64,000 nucleotides of DNA from Balamuthia mandrillaris (Eukaryota). Shown here piece after piece: positions 46,781 to 60,286 of this stretch. How positions within the stretch are numbered: position 1 is the stretch's first letter; every line of letters begins with the position of its first letter. The notes under the pieces were generated by a model. It saw only the letters and a list, made by a program, of their open reading frames with translations. It searched no databases and was not told where the DNA came from. Position numbers and translations under genes: made by a program. The stretch lies in the NCBI GenBank assembly GCA_031835245.2, contig JAVKOQ020000009.1, positions 248,001 through 312,000 of the forward strand. Direction: 5' to 3'.

Positions 46781-49056
46781 ATGGACAAGGCTGCACACCC
46801 CAAGGAGAACATCGATGAGCTGTCTTTCAAGCAGGCAGTGATCACTGTTCCTGTACCTATTCCTCCAATTTTTCTCTATTTTTTTTCCTAGCCTACCCAA
46901 CACTGTTCATGATTATTTTTTTTTGATATAAAGGATCAGGTTGGCGCTTTGGCCAAAGTTTTGGACCTCTTCACTGCCCGTGGCTATAACCTCAAACGCA
47001 TCGAGTCGCTCTCCTCCCGCGTGGAGAAGGACAGCTACGACATGTTTGTGGATTTTGATCTCAGCGGCCACACCGAGGAGGAATTCCAGCAATTGCTGAA
47101 GGACCTGCAACCCATCACCAAAGCCGTCAGCATACTTTCCAAGGCACCGAGCACCCCTCGCGGCAACACCAAGTCCCGCGTTTCAGGTTCATTTCTCTCG
47201 TTCTCTCGGCTCGCGTTATTCTCTCGTCTTGCTTTTGTCTTTTCGTTATAGGCAACAACTTATTTAAATACCACGAAATAGAGATGATTTGGTTCCCTAG
47301 GAAAATTGTGGACTTGGATGGGTTTGCAGGTTTGGCATCCTCTCATTCGCTGTGTTCTTTTCTTTGCCTGTCCGTTGATTCCTCGTGTCTGTTCTCTCTC
47401 TCTCTCTCTCTCTCTCTCGTCGTTTCTCTTTCTCTTTCTCTTTCTCTTTCTCTTTCTCTTTCTCTTTCTCTTTCTCTTTCTCTTTCTCTTTCTCTTTCTC
47501 TTTCTCTTTCTCTTTCTCTTTCTTGTCACGTTCTTTTCTTCTCATCTCTCTCGCTCTCTCTCTCTCTCTCTCTCCCTTCCTCCCCAATTCTGCATTTCAT
47601 CAACAACGAATACCAACAAACTTGCTGCTTTTATTACAACAGAAAAGACTCTTGAATTCGGAGAAGAGCTGGACGCCGACCATCCTGGTTTTCACGATAA
47701 GGAATATCGTGAGAGAAGGGCCGAGATCACGCGCACAGCGAAACAGTACAGGTTCGAAGTTTTTACGTTTTTTTTTTCTTTCTTTTTCATCTTTTCTCGT
47801 CGCGTCACTGTTTCGTTTTTTCTTGTCAAGAGTTTATTTCCTCAGCTTTGCTAACGAGTTGAGAGGCAGGCACGGCCAAGAGATTCCTCGCATCGAGTAC
47901 ACCGAGCAGGAAAAAGAGACTTGGGGTATTGTGTACCGCAAGTTGAGAGGACTCTATGCCACGCATGCTTGCTCTCAGTTCAATCACATCTTCCCTCTCT
48001 TGGAGCAGAACTGCGGTTACTCTGACAAAGATATTCCACAACTGGAAGATATTTCCAAGTTCTTGAAAGGTATTCTTTCTTACAGTTTCTTCTTATCTTT
48101 CTTCTCGGTTCTTCTGCGATGATAACCAAGTTCTTCTCTACCTCGGCTTCAGATTGTACTGGTTGGCGGTTGCGACCAGTGATGGGTCTGCTCAGCTCTC
48201 GCGACTTCCTGAATGGCCTTGCGTTTAGGGTCTTCCACTCCACCCAGTACATTCGCCACCACTCCCGCCCTTTCTACACGCCCGAGCCTGATGTCTGCCA
48301 CGAGCTATTGGGTCATGTCCCCATGTTTGCTGATCCCGCCTTTGCTGATTTCTCCCAAGAGATTGGTTTGGCTTCCTTGGGTGCCAGTGATGCTGACATC
48401 GAAAAATTGGCCACGGTTAGTTTCTTTCTCTCTCTGCCCATTTCTCACTCTCTCTGCCACTCTCTGTCTCTATTCTCTATTCTTCCAATTCTCTTTCTTG
48501 GGCGCGTTGTTATCTTTTCTTTTCTTATGCTAATGTTTTCCTTCGTCTTCCAAACATTTTATTCACAAAACAAAGTGTTACTGGTTTACAGTAGAGTTTG
48601 GTATTTGCAGACAGAAAGGAGAACTGAAAGCCTATGGCGCTGGTCTTCTTTCTTCTTTCGGAGAACTGGAGGTATGTTGTGTTCTCTCTCTCTCTCTCTC
48701 TCTCTCTTGTTGTTCTATCGTTTGAAAAAATCAACAAAACAACAAAACAACAACAATAGTACTGTTTGACGGACAAACCAAAACTGCTTGACTTCAACCC
48801 GTTCGAGACTTGCAACACCAAATATCCCATTACCGAGTATCAGCCGCTCTATTATGTGGCCGACAGTTTCGAGCGAGCCAAGAATCAGATGCGCATGTTT
48901 GCCCAGTCCCTGGATCGTCCCTTCACCATACGTTACAACCCGTACACCGAGTCCGTGGAGGTGGTGGACACCATGGACAAGCTCCTTCACATCGCCACAA
49001 ACTTGCAAAACGAGGCCAGCCTTCTGGTGAGCGCAATGTCGCAGCTCTCCTCCTAA
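46781..49056 (+). CDS. PAH: Phenylalanine 4-hydroxylase (ACT domain plus biopterin-dependent hydroxylase domain), multi-exon
   Basis: VGALAKVL...NLKRIES ACT domain; [71 protein letters not shown]. Confidence 0.93.
47390..47575. repeat. (CT)n/(TCTCTT)n intronic microsatellite
   Basis: Visible tandem repeat in a PAH intron. Confidence 0.85.
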
Positions 49057-49307
49057 AAATCGCACAAAAGAAAATATATCCGCGCAATATTTTTCGAAAA
49101 ATAGTAATTTTTATCGGTGAACTTGCTACATATAAGGAAAAAGTGGGTTTAAAGTATCTTTAAAAGGATATTATTTGACATCTAGTTTCAAAAATTATTG
49201 AAACAACAAAATAAAATATAAAGAAAAGTGGAGCGACAAAAAAAAAGCCAACAAGAGAGAAAGCAACCAACTGCCTTCTCTTTGTGGTTGTGGTGGTCGA
49301 ACGAAGA

Positions 49308-49751
49308 ATGATGCGAACTGCAACTCTTTCTGGCTTTCGTACGTTTTTTCTACCACCCTCTTCAAAAAATAAATAAATAATAACAATTCCATCAACTCTG
49401 ACAAAAAAATTTTTTTTCCAATCGACAGGAAATGCGCCAGTGTCAAAAGCCTTGTTGATTGGCACAGCGGGAGCCTCCATCTTGGTGTCCATCGCGGGGG
49501 TGCGCAGCAGGTTCGTGTTGGACAACCTTCAGGAGAACCTCATAAGCCTCCAGTGGTGGCGTCTCTTCACGCACAAGTTCTTTTTCTCCAACCCAGGAGA
49601 GCTCCTTCTTGGCCTCATCCTCATCTACTACTTTCGACTGTTTGAGAGGCAGATGGGCTCCTCCAAGTTTGGCGTAAGTATCGCCAATTGCCTTGTTTTT
49701 TTTTCTTCTCGCTTTGGCGGTGTCAACCACTCCTTTGGGTTAATCGTGTTT

Positions 49752-49808
<57 letters not shown>

Positions 49809-49963
49809 GGCTTTTGTCGTTCTTTCAACTTTTATCAGTTTCTTGCTTGAACTTTCTTACCTGGTTCTTTTTGGTCGGATAAACTCTCCCTACATCTCTG
49901 GCCCGTATGTTGCTGCCCTCTCTCCTCCTACCTTCTCTTTCCGTTCTCTCCTTCTATTCCCTG

Positions 49964-50012
<49 letters not shown>

Positions 50013-50839
50013 TCTCGTTTTCCCTATAATTCAACTTTGATTCCCTCTCATTGGTACAGGTATGGCTTCATCTTCGCCTGCGTTGTGTTATTCTACTACT
50101 ACGTGCCCGTCAGCTCTTCCTTCCCCTTTTTCGGCGTTACCATGACCGACAAAACCTTGACCTATCTTCTTGTGATACAGGTTGCTTTCTTTTTTTATTT
50201 TTTGTTTTTTTAAACAAGAGTCTTTTATTTTTATTAACTTGTTTATCCTCTCTTCCTCGTTTTATCCTATACTTATGACCGCAGTTGATGATGAGCAACA
50301 TGCCACTTTCTGGCGTGGCCGGCCTCTGCGGGTTGGCCAGCGGCCTTGCCTACTGCTCCAACACGCTGCGGCTAAGCAGCTTCCAACTGCCCTCTCTCCT
50401 CACTCGCTTCTGCAAACGGTTCCTGCTGCCTTTTCTTCAATCCTCCTCTTCTACCACCAGAAACAACAGAGCAGCCAGACGTCTTCAACCTACCCCATTT
50501 GGTGGAAGAGGAGATGGCGCAGGAGCAGCGGCGATGTATGGAGGAGTTGGTGACGGAAGAGGAGGAGCGACCACTGACCAGCTCATTCCCAACATGAATG
50601 ACCTCTGGGCGCAGGCTGTTGCCAGAAACATCGCTGCCAGCGCTCCTCCTCATTTGCAAGGCGGAGCAGCTGCAGGAGGAAGCAGCACCAACAATAGCGG
50701 ATTGTATGACGAGGGAGAGCCATCGCCGGAAGATGTGGAGCAGCTGATGAGCATGGGCTTTGATCGTAACCGAGTCATAAGGGCTTTGAGGTCCAGCGGT
50801 GGTGACTTGCAAATGGCCACCAGCTTGTTGCTCGAGTGA
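49308..50839 (+). CDS. Rhomboid-like pseudoprotease with C-terminal UBA (UBAC2/Dsc2-like), multi-exon
   Basis: GFRNAPVSKAL; QWWRLFT; YYFRLFERQMGSSKF; SGPYGFIFA; UBA EQLMSMGFDRNRVIRALRSSGGDLQMATSLL. Confidence 0.82.
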
Positions 50840-51045
50840 TGGAGAACGTTCAGACTCTCCAATTTCTTCTTTTCATTTCTTTCATCACTTTTTTTTAAGC
50901 TTCAAAAAAACAAACGCAGCTTAGTGGCGCGGATGTATATAATACGTATCTTTTTTAAACACTTCACTTTCTCTCTCCTCCTCCTCCTCCTCCTCCTCTT
51001 CTCTCTCTCTCTCATTTCTTTGCGAGGTATTTATTTTCATCGTTG

Positions 51046-51555
51046 TTAAGTCCAAGGATAAAAGTTGCAGAAGAGAAGAGTACCCACAAATATGTACAAC
51101 AAGAAATAAGCCAACAGCACTCTCTTCACGAACCATCCACGCGACCACTTCTCCTCTTCTGTTTCTTGTCCATCCGCAACAACAAAGAGAGAAGCAGAGA
51201 ACCACCAAATCGGAGGACATGATGAACACAGGAATCTAGTAATGACTTGAACGTGCATGAACAACAAGCCCATCAACAAAAGTCCTGTCCAATACACCAC
51301 ATAAACGAACACATCTTCTCCGTAATATCCTCCAAAGCTCCTTTCTCTTCTTTGTTGCTGTTTTGTATGGCTAATTTGTTTTGAAGAGGAGAAGAAAGGA
51401 AAGAGGCGATGAAAGGAATAGTTGTGCCAGAGAAAGTGGGAGAAGATGCCGCAGAAGGAAAGGAATACCATCGGAGCGGCTAACAAGAAGTTTGGGGCTT
51501 GTTTCCATTCGTAATAGTGAAGTAAGCCATTATTCCTTTTGTTTTGTGTTTCGTT

Positions 51556-51599
<44 letters not shown>

Positions 51600-52461
51600 A
51601 TCAAAATAGAACAGAAGCAAAGAGGAAACGAATACAAACCAGTATTTAGCTTGAACGTAAGAGTAAACGTTGGGAAGAGAGGAAGAGCACCACGGAGAAA
51701 GAGAAGATGCTGTGGCGTAGGAAACACAGAATTGAGAGTAGGCGTAGTATAAGTATAGCGCCATTGAAGAAAGAAGGATAAGGCATTGAGCTGCTGCTTG
51801 AGCCCATACGAAAAGACACTATGGAATATGAAGAATGAGAAGAAACAGCAAAAGAAAGAGGAGGAGGAGGAGAAGAAGAAGAAAAAGAAGAAGAAGAACA
51901 ACAACTACAACATCAACAACAACAAGACATTCAAACCTTCAAAATAGCAGAGAAGGAAAAGGAACGGGGATAATGATGGCGAAAGGCAGCAAACAGGAAG
52001 AAGCCACAAGCAATTATGCCATTGGATCTCACCAAGCAGGCCAAACCTCCACAAATGGCAGCAGCCCATGTCTTCCAATGAAGCAACATCTGCTGTGTAT
52101 TCTTGTTAACAGAGTACCCTTCTTCTAACAGCCGCAAAGCAGAGAACAAAAGCAACGCGAACACGCTTTCCGTGTAGCTTACATAAGAGAAGAGAAGAGA
52201 CAGTATGAGAGAACGGAACGAAGAAAGAGGAAAAAAAAGAAAGAAGAAAGAATGGAAAGTGAAGAGTAAAGATAGGTACATGGCAGACATAAAGATGCTG
52301 GCTGGGTTGATGCAGTAGAGTAATGTAGCCGTTGTGGCCAAGCGGTTGTCTTTTAGAACCAACACACTCAACCTGAATGGAATGAACAGGTTTAGATAAT
52401 TTAAGATGAAGAAAAAGAAGAAGTGGAACAAAAACAATAAGTTAGGAGAACAAAGAGTTAC

Positions 52462-52511
<50 letters not shown>

Positions 52512-52883
52512 AGGAGGAGGAGGAGAGCAAGGATAACATACTTTTGCAGCTGCAAAGCAGAAAGAATGAAACATGCATTACACAGCAAGAAAGAGACGAG
52601 AAGTAGCAAATAAGCCTCACTCAACAAACCAGCCCAACCAACGACAGTCCAGACTTGAACAAGGTCAGAAGAAAAAAATGAGAGAGGGTGAGAGAGAGTG
52701 AAAGAGGAGAGCTTTCTTCCAACCTATTCGTTGAAGCAAAGCAGCAAGAAAAGGTAGACCTGGGAAAAAGGCATGAAAATGTTCATATTCATAAGTTTGC
52801 TCTTCTGCTATTCTCAAAAAATATACAGAGTCCTTTTGTGTGTTAGCCAACACAAAGAAGAAGAAGAAGAAGAAGAAGAAGAA

Positions 52884-52915
<32 letters not shown>

Positions 52916-53179
52916 AAAAGAAGAAGAAGAAGAAGAAAAGGAATAAGAAGAAGATGAGAGACAGAGAGTTACCCAACGAGCAAAGGGATCAAACAGAATG
53001 GAGATCCAAGGGTCGAGCGGCTTGGTGGGTGCGACCAAAGGGAAGAGAAAGGCTGAGGTGTCGTAGTCACTCACCAGCGCCCCCAAGACGCATCCTAACA
53101 GCCACACCGCCACGCGTGAGCCAACCGCCCACCGAAGGACGGTTCTCCCTTGCTCGAAGCTTGGCCTTGCTCTCTCCAT
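51046..53179 (-). CDS. PIGV: GPI mannosyltransferase 2, multi-exon
   Basis: DYDTS; RWDSVYFLRIAE...YEYEHFHAFFPGLP; NPASIFMSA; YTESVFA; RSNG; YSYVQAKYW; MHVQVITRFL; LFCNFYPWT*. Confidence 0.92.
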
Positions 53180-53578
53180 GGACTGTCTGGGTGTTCAACA
53201 AGAATGCAAAATATGCGAGCAATGTAAACAATGCAAGGCACGCTAAACCTTCGAAAAAATCTCAAGAATGTGGAGCCCGAAATTTCTCTGTTGATATGTC
53301 GACAAAATGTCGATTTTTGGGGAAGTTTCCAGTTTTCATCGTCCGTTTGTTGTCGCAGCGGAGAGAAGAGAGGAAAGCAGCAGAAAAAAACCCAAAAACA
53401 ATAAAAGAAGAGCAGAGAGAAGAAGAGAAGGGGGAAAACGTTGCTGCCTTCCGTTGGCCAAAAGTAGAACAAGGGGGAGTCCTTGTTGCGTTGGGAATTA
53501 ATTCCACTCCCTCCTTTTTCAATTTTATTTATTTAAAGACAGTTTTTTTTTGGCTGCGGATTTGGTTGGTTGTGGTTG

Positions 53579-54758
53579 ATGGCTTCCATTGCAATTGGGT
53601 TGGCTCAAGGAGCTTCCTCTGCTCTCATCTCTACTATTCCTGTCTCCAGCTTGTTTCAGGTGGCTGTTGTTGCAGCAGGTAATTTTTTTCCCTTAATACT
53701 ACTCGAAAAAACAAAAGATTTTCATCCAAAACTTAAATTCTTCTACTTCGATGGAATGAATCGATCGAACCTGTAACAGCTCCGTCGGTGGTTAGCTACT
53801 ATGTAAGAAGAACTCTTCTCGGCGGGCTGCCCAACGCCCTTCGCGGCCTCATAAGCTACAGCTACTCCACCGCCTCCTCCCGAAGCGTTCCCATGCTCTT
53901 CTTAGTCTGCTCCAAGAACCTTGTACTCTACGGGGCCTGGGCCTCTGGCAAACTTGTTTTTCGAGGTTTCTTGTTCTTCTTCTTCTTCTTCTTCTTCTTC
54001 TTCTTCTTCTTCTTCTTCTTCTTCTTCTTCTTCTTCTGCTTCTTCTGTGTCCGACAACTGATCTAATATATGACCAACATTTAAAAAAAATAGGAGGGAC
54101 GTACATCATTCGATTAACCGGAAGTGCAACATACCACGCCATGGCAGCATTGCTCTCTAGCAAGAAGGAGGAGGACATTTGGGACGAGTGGGAAATGATG
54201 GACTATAGCGAGTTTGGCAGAAAGCAGGACAGCTGTCCTGATGATGGTGACGACGGCAGTACTTCTTCCATTAGCATCTCGCCATCCGCTTCTTCCAAAT
54301 CACTCCCTTTGTCCGTTCTTGGAGGAAGAGACTCTGATGAAGAGGAACAAGAGGAAGAAGAACACAAAGAAGAGGAAGAAGAGGAGCCAACGAATAGTTA
54401 TGAAGAGGATGAAGGTTTCGTGTTGGTACCACGAAGGAAGGGAAAGGAGGTATTGGAGTTGCAGTTTGGCGAGAAGGACGTTCAGGCATTGATACAGAGC
54501 ATGCATGAGGATGGAGCAGCGTTGAGCGCAGAGGTGCATTGTGTGGAGACAGGGGACACTGTTCCTATCTCTCCTTGTGAGGTGGAGAGGCTGTTAAGAG
54601 AAGAATTGGAGAATCAAAATCATAGAATGTCTTCCGCTGCTGTAGTGAATCCATCCTCTTCATTGCTTGATGGCGGCTATGAAGAAGAAGGGGAAGATGG
54701 AGTGACTATTGTACAAAAATGTGGTGATGAGGAAGAGGAGGAAAAAACATGTAAATAA
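53579..54758 (+). CDS. Hypothetical protein with a hydrophobic N-terminus and acidic C-terminus, 3 exons
   Basis: Three segments join in frame across two GT-AG introns. No family recognised. Confidence 0.5.
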
Positions 54759-54833
54759 AAATGCCAACTCGGAAGATAAACAGAAGAAGAGACGAGGCAT
54801 CCTGTTCGCTCTCTCTCTCTCTCTCTCTCTCTT

Positions 54834-57299
54834 TCAGTGGAAGGAGGAGCGCTGTTGGGTGACATCGAGGTGATACAACCCAGTGCGCTTTCTTTTGTGA
54901 GAAGCGGTGGGTACCGGAGGGGAAGGCTGTACAATGGTGACCACATCTGTAGAACTCTCGGAGGAACTCTTTCCTCGCCCTCTTCCTCCTCTTCTTCCTC
55001 TGCCTCCTCTTCCTCTACCTGCTGTTCCTCTTCCCCCTCTTCCGCTTGTTGACGTTGTTGACGACTCACCATCGAGCATTGTAGCTGACGAAGAGGATAC
55101 TACTCGTGTTTGCTTTCGTGGATGTTTTAAAACGATTGGAGTCGGGCCAAGGCGTACTAGTTCTCTGACCCGGTTTTGGAAGCCAATAGAGTAGTCTAGA
55201 GGATTAAATGTTGTCTGTTCATCCACCTTTATAGAGTTTTTGTAAATACATTGCTGTTAGTTGAGCTTGAACAAAGTAGAAGGATGAAGAAGTAAAGAGA
55301 AAGGAGGGGTGAAAAGGGTACCGCGTCCAACAGTGCTGACATTCGTTCTGTGCATTCGATGGATGGAGAAGTTGCTCCACACGTGATATTGCTGCCATCT
55401 GCAAGCAACTGCTCCCCAACGGCCACATTCTATGTTTAAACGAACGTAGGTACAGGAAAATAAGATGTGGATTGAAAGCAGTATGATTTTACCTTCAGTA
55501 GAAAAGAGAATTGGTCGCCACCAACTTCTGGAATGAGGAGGTAATGGTAAGAGAGTGTGCAGGTTGAAACGGTTGGTTGGACTTCGTCTCGGTTGAGCGT
55601 TAGAGAGGGTTTATCAGAGGTAACTAACAGGGCTTGATTCTGGTCGGAGAGGAGGGAGGGAGGGAGAGAGAGAGAGAGAGAGTGAGAGCGATGAGTAAGT
55701 TTGAAACGAAAGTGAAGAAATGATAAGTACCGAAGAGGAGAGTAAAGACCAGAGTGCACAGAGTTTCTCTTCATTGTCAAGGAGTTCTTCCCATTCATGG
55801 CTTTCATTGCAAGACGCCGATACGAGTAAAGGCTTTCCATACACAAGGCTTAAAAAGGGCGTGGTTAGGAGGAAAGGATTGGACAGGTAGAGCTAACAAA
55901 CCTTTCGCTGATAGTTTCCAAATTGACTTTTTTGCAAACGCTCAAGACAAAAGACTCTACGGAACTTGAGCCTACGGATGATGTTGCTTGTGAGTTTTTG
56001 TGCAATACCTCTGCCCTGAATAGTGATGATCCCACACAATGAACCGCGATGGGTTTCTCCATTAGAAGACAGGACATGGAGTTTGAGCAATGGTCCACTG
56101 ACGTTGTTTTTGTATAGCAACACCCACATACCTAATAAAAATGTAAATAGTTGCTCCAAAATGAAGAGAGAGGGAGAAAGAGAGTTTGCCCTACGTTCTG
56201 AGAGGAAATCACCATAAGATCAGGCATAACGGTTTCATGTGCATCACACAAAAGTTGCTCATCGCTGCGGACTTCATGAAGATCAGTACGCAAGTCCAGT
56301 AGATTCTCGTCATCATCTTGAGCAGGAAATCGCAGGACCAAGGGAATTGGTCTCGCAATTAACCATCCACGAAACAACTTTTGCAACGAAAAGCGATCTG
56401 AGTTTTTGTTTAGTTAGTATACAATAAAAATCAGTATTGCTTCAAGTTAGTATACAATTGCTTCAACAGCGCTCCGTAAGCAGCACCTGTTTTGATCCTT
56501 TGAATAGTGCAGTTGATCCAGTCTCTAAGAAATAGTGCGACCTCTGCAAGACTCGTGTTTGCTTCTATACTTCTTTCCTCGGTTGCCAGATATAGAAACT
56601 CGACCGTACTGTTTGCTTCGTAAAGAAACTGCCATTGGACAGAGAGGATCATCAGAGGACACAACTCTGGGACAAAAAAAACGTACCTGTAAAGTTTTCG
56701 AAAGCTGCTCTTCATTAACTGATGAACAAGGTATACATCGAGGGGACATAAAGGTGACCTTCAATTGGAACTGGTTGAATGTCTGTGAATTGGTCCTCAT
56801 GTTCTCGATAAGCTTTGCCAACACGTCTAGCGCCAATATTCCTTCATTTTGTTGGGTCGTTCCACGTTGTAAGTTCAATAACAGAATGCGAATTGCTTCG
56901 TTACAGAAACAAAATTCAACCCATACCATTGTCTTTGCCATTTGTCTCATCGACGCCTTCGTCGAGCTTCAGAGCGGATAGCTTTTGCAGCGCCGAATAA
57001 CATGTGAACAGTGAAAACTGTTGTGGCTTGATCAATACCTTTTTTATGTTGTTGTTGATGTTTGTGGTTTCGCTCAGCCAACAACTGAAGTGGAATACGC
57101 CAGCACGTACCTCCACTGCCCTTGGGGTAGCGACGACCAACGAAAAAACGAGGAGAGGCAGGTGTTCCTTTTGCGTGGCCGCCACCAGCGATGCGAACTC
57201 GTGCAGGCCCCTCACCACGCGTTGCTTCAACGCCAGCGCCTCTTCCAACTCGCCAGGAGGAGCACAAAAATCCAACACCAGGAACCGTAGCGTACTCAT
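54834..57299 (-). CDS. M1AP-like (meiosis 1 associated protein) homolog, multi-exon
   Basis: Colinear similarity to recalled M1AP motifs: VFSLVV, LFRGWL, LLCDAHE, VYGKPLLVSAS..HEWEELLDNEEKLCAL, YLLIP, LLKNVAVGEQLL, MSALLDA..TFNPL. RGG-rich tail. Confidence 0.6.
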
Positions 57300-57679
57300 C
57301 TTTCTCTTTCTCTCTCTCTGCTTTCTTCTTCGTCTTTTTTTGCTACTTATTTCTTGTTGGAGTAACTAACGCACAAGAAAAGAAACGCTACATTTTTTAA
57401 GAGACGTTTGATCGAGTTTGTTGTTGTTGAAACTGCATTGTGGAAAAAACCGTCCTCTTTGCTCATCGCCTCAGTTGCTCTCCCACTCTTTTTGTTTGGA
57501 GTAAAAAAGGCGGGAAAAATGGTCCGCAAAAATTAATTTGGCGTGATGCCATGTGGACGGACGTTTTTGGAATTTATTGGCATTTTTGGGCCACAAAAAA
57601 GAAAGTAAAACGAAGAGAAGAAAATAAAGGGGAGAAGGAAGAGACATCCATTCGGAAGGGCCGCGCGTGAGACAGAAAA

Positions 57680-58846
57680 ATGGTACGCGCTACCAGTGTT
57701 GTTCGTGGTTCTTTTTCGTTGGGACTAACTATATGTGATACACCTTTCTTCGTACTTATCAAACAACGTCTGCTACCTGATATACTTCGCTTTGGGGGGG
57801 ATTTCTTTTTTTTTTTTTGTTTCGTGAAACGAAAAAAAGCTCGTTCTTGTGATTGGAGATATGAACATCCCTCATCGGGCTCATGGCTTGCCCAAAAAAT
57901 TCAAAAAGCTTTTGGTCAGTAACTAACATACCCTTTTTTTTGTTTTCGTTTATGTTTCGCGCTTGTCTAAAGCTTCTTTCGCTTTTCTCTCTCTTCCTCA
58001 CTTCTTGCTGCACAACAAAAAAAAAAGGTACCTGGCAAGATCCAATACATCCTTAGTACGGGTAACCTCTGCACCAAAGATGTGTACGACTTCCTCAAAA
58101 CTCTTGCCAACGAGGTCCACGTCGCACGCGGTGACTTTGACGAGGTACGCCAACCCTACTTTACAATACGACGCCCCAATTAATACTTTTCTCACCACCA
58201 CCTTTCCCTTATCTTCTTTGCTTCTCCGTCCTTTCTTTTCCTCTCGTCCTCTCTTCGCTTGTTCTCGCTCTTCTCTTCGCTCTTCTCTTTCTTCTGTTCT
58301 CTGCTCCATTCGCGCTGCAACAGAACACAAGCTATCCCGAACACAAAGTGCTGACCCTCGGGGAATTCAAGGTCGGAATTTGCCATGGCCACCAGGTAGT
58401 GCCTTGGGGAGATAGGGAGTGCCTTGCCATGTTGCAGCGTCAACTGGACGTTGACATCCTCATCACTGGACACACCCACAAGTTCGAGGCTTTTGAGTAC
58501 GAGAACAAGTTTTTCATTAACCCTGGTTCTGCCACCGGAGCATACAGCGGCCTCACACAGTACTATCTCCTCTTGCTTTCTTCCCTCTCTTCTTGGATGC
58601 TTCTCTTTTTTTGTTCCCCCCTCTTCTCTTTGCTAATTCGTTTTACGCTCTGAAGCGATGCAACACCCACGTTTGTGTTGATGGACATTCAAGGCGCTCA
58701 CGTTATCACATATGTCTACCAACTCCAAAACGATGATGTCAAGGTAGATTCTTTTCTTCCTTCTTTTCTTTCTCTCTCCGTTCCCTTCTCATTCGCTTTT
58801 CAAACAGGTGGAAAAGATCGAGTTTAAGAAGAGTCCTTCCAATTGA
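57680..58846 (+). CDS. VPS29: Retromer subunit VPS29, multi-exon; first coding exon is the ATG only
   Basis: [63 protein letters not shown]. Confidence 0.95.
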
Positions 58847-59010
58847 TTGAACAAAAATGTCTCTTTTGTTTCTCCTTGCCTGTCTGCTCTTTCGTCGTTT
58901 TCTCTCATGTTTTTTAAACATCGAATCCACTTTTTTTTTGTGCTCTTCTTTAAGTTTTTTTGTTTTCTCTTTTATTCTGCGGGTTGTAACACTTTTCAGG
59001 TTCAACATTG

Positions 59011-59436
59011 CTATACTTTTTCCAAAGGCTCTATCATCGTAACGCTGTTCCCTCGTATTACCTGTTTGGGGGACCTTGGGTAAGCTCTCCTTCGTTTGTT
59101 TCCACCAAAATAAAGTAGAAAGAGAGAGATGAAACCAAAAAATAAAAGAGAGTGGATTAAGGATTACATACCACCATGCCAATTTCGTTCCTTTCTGTGG
59201 CGGAGACCTCCTCGATGGTATCTTCCAACACAAGGTTCATGAACTGATCGTAGCCCCGAAGCACGCCCGTCACTTTGCGATTGGCATTCAGCTTAACTGT
59301 TTATCAATCGATTCCAAGTTAGTTTGGAAAAAAAAAAGACGATTGTCCACACAAATGTATGCACGTGGTGACAGCACTTACTGGAAAGTTTTTTGTCCAT
59401 GTACTTCTTCAACTCTGGTGCCGCCGCTTTTGCCAT
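59011..59436 (-). CDS. SNRPG: Small nuclear ribonucleoprotein Sm G, 3 exons
   Basis: MAKAAAPELKKYMDKKLS|IKLNANRKVTGVLRGYDQFMNLVLE...IGMV|VIRGNSVTMIEPLEKV*. Confidence 0.93.
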
Positions 59437-59499
59437 GGTCGTTCGGGTTTGGTTGCGTGCGTGAAGAAGGCTGAGTTAAAATCTGTTCTACCCTCTTTC

Positions 59500-59720
59500 T
59501 TTTTCTCCTACTTTTTTCGTAGCGCTTTGGCTCCTCGTTTTTGTCGACTGAGATGCATGAGGGGTAGAATTACTTATTTTTTGTCGACGTGGAGTATTTA
59601 TGTCGACATTTGGCTGAGGGTAGAAAGTAACATTTGTTGTCGACATTTCGTTGAGGAGTCAAATGAATCTCCCAGTGGCTGACGTGGCGGGGCGACGTCG
59701 AAAAAAAAACCACAAAAACG
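59500..59720. promoter_or_regulatory. Bidirectional promoter region (SNRPG/ArfGAP) with four TGTCGAC motifs
   Basis: TGTCGAC at 59542, 59582, 59601 and 59638 between divergent start codons. Confidence 0.5.
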
Positions 59721-59853
59721 AAAAAGAAGGAAACAAACAAACGAATTTTGTGTGAGAAGAGGTTCATCTGTTGAGGACGTGCTTTTGTTTTTTTAACTTG
59801 AGAGAGGAAGAAGTTGAAGAACCTGCACTGCAATAAAAGGGAAGGAGAAAAAA

Positions 59854-60243
59854 ATGAGTTTGGATTCAGAAGTAAGCAAAGTGGAAGCACAAAAGGTCTT
59901 TGCCAAGCTTAGGACAAGATTGGACAACAAGGTTTGTTTTTCTTTTAAGTTTTGAACAGCTCGCTCCTTTTTTTTTGTTCGTGTTTTTCTTCCCTTTTCT
60001 TTTCTTTTCTTTTCTTTTTTTTTGCAAGCACAACACGAAGTATCTAGTCCCTCTTCCCAACCAAAGTCAACTTTTTTTCCCTTTTCCATAAACGAAAGGT
60101 ATGCTTTGATTGTGAGGCCAAAAACCCGACCTGGGCTTCCATTCCCTATGGCATTTTGATCTGCATGGACTGTGCTGCTCTCCATCGAGGGCTTGGCGTT
60201 CATCTCAGCTTTGTTAGGTTTGCATACTCTCTCTCTGTCTCTT

Positions 60244-60286
<43 letters not shown>

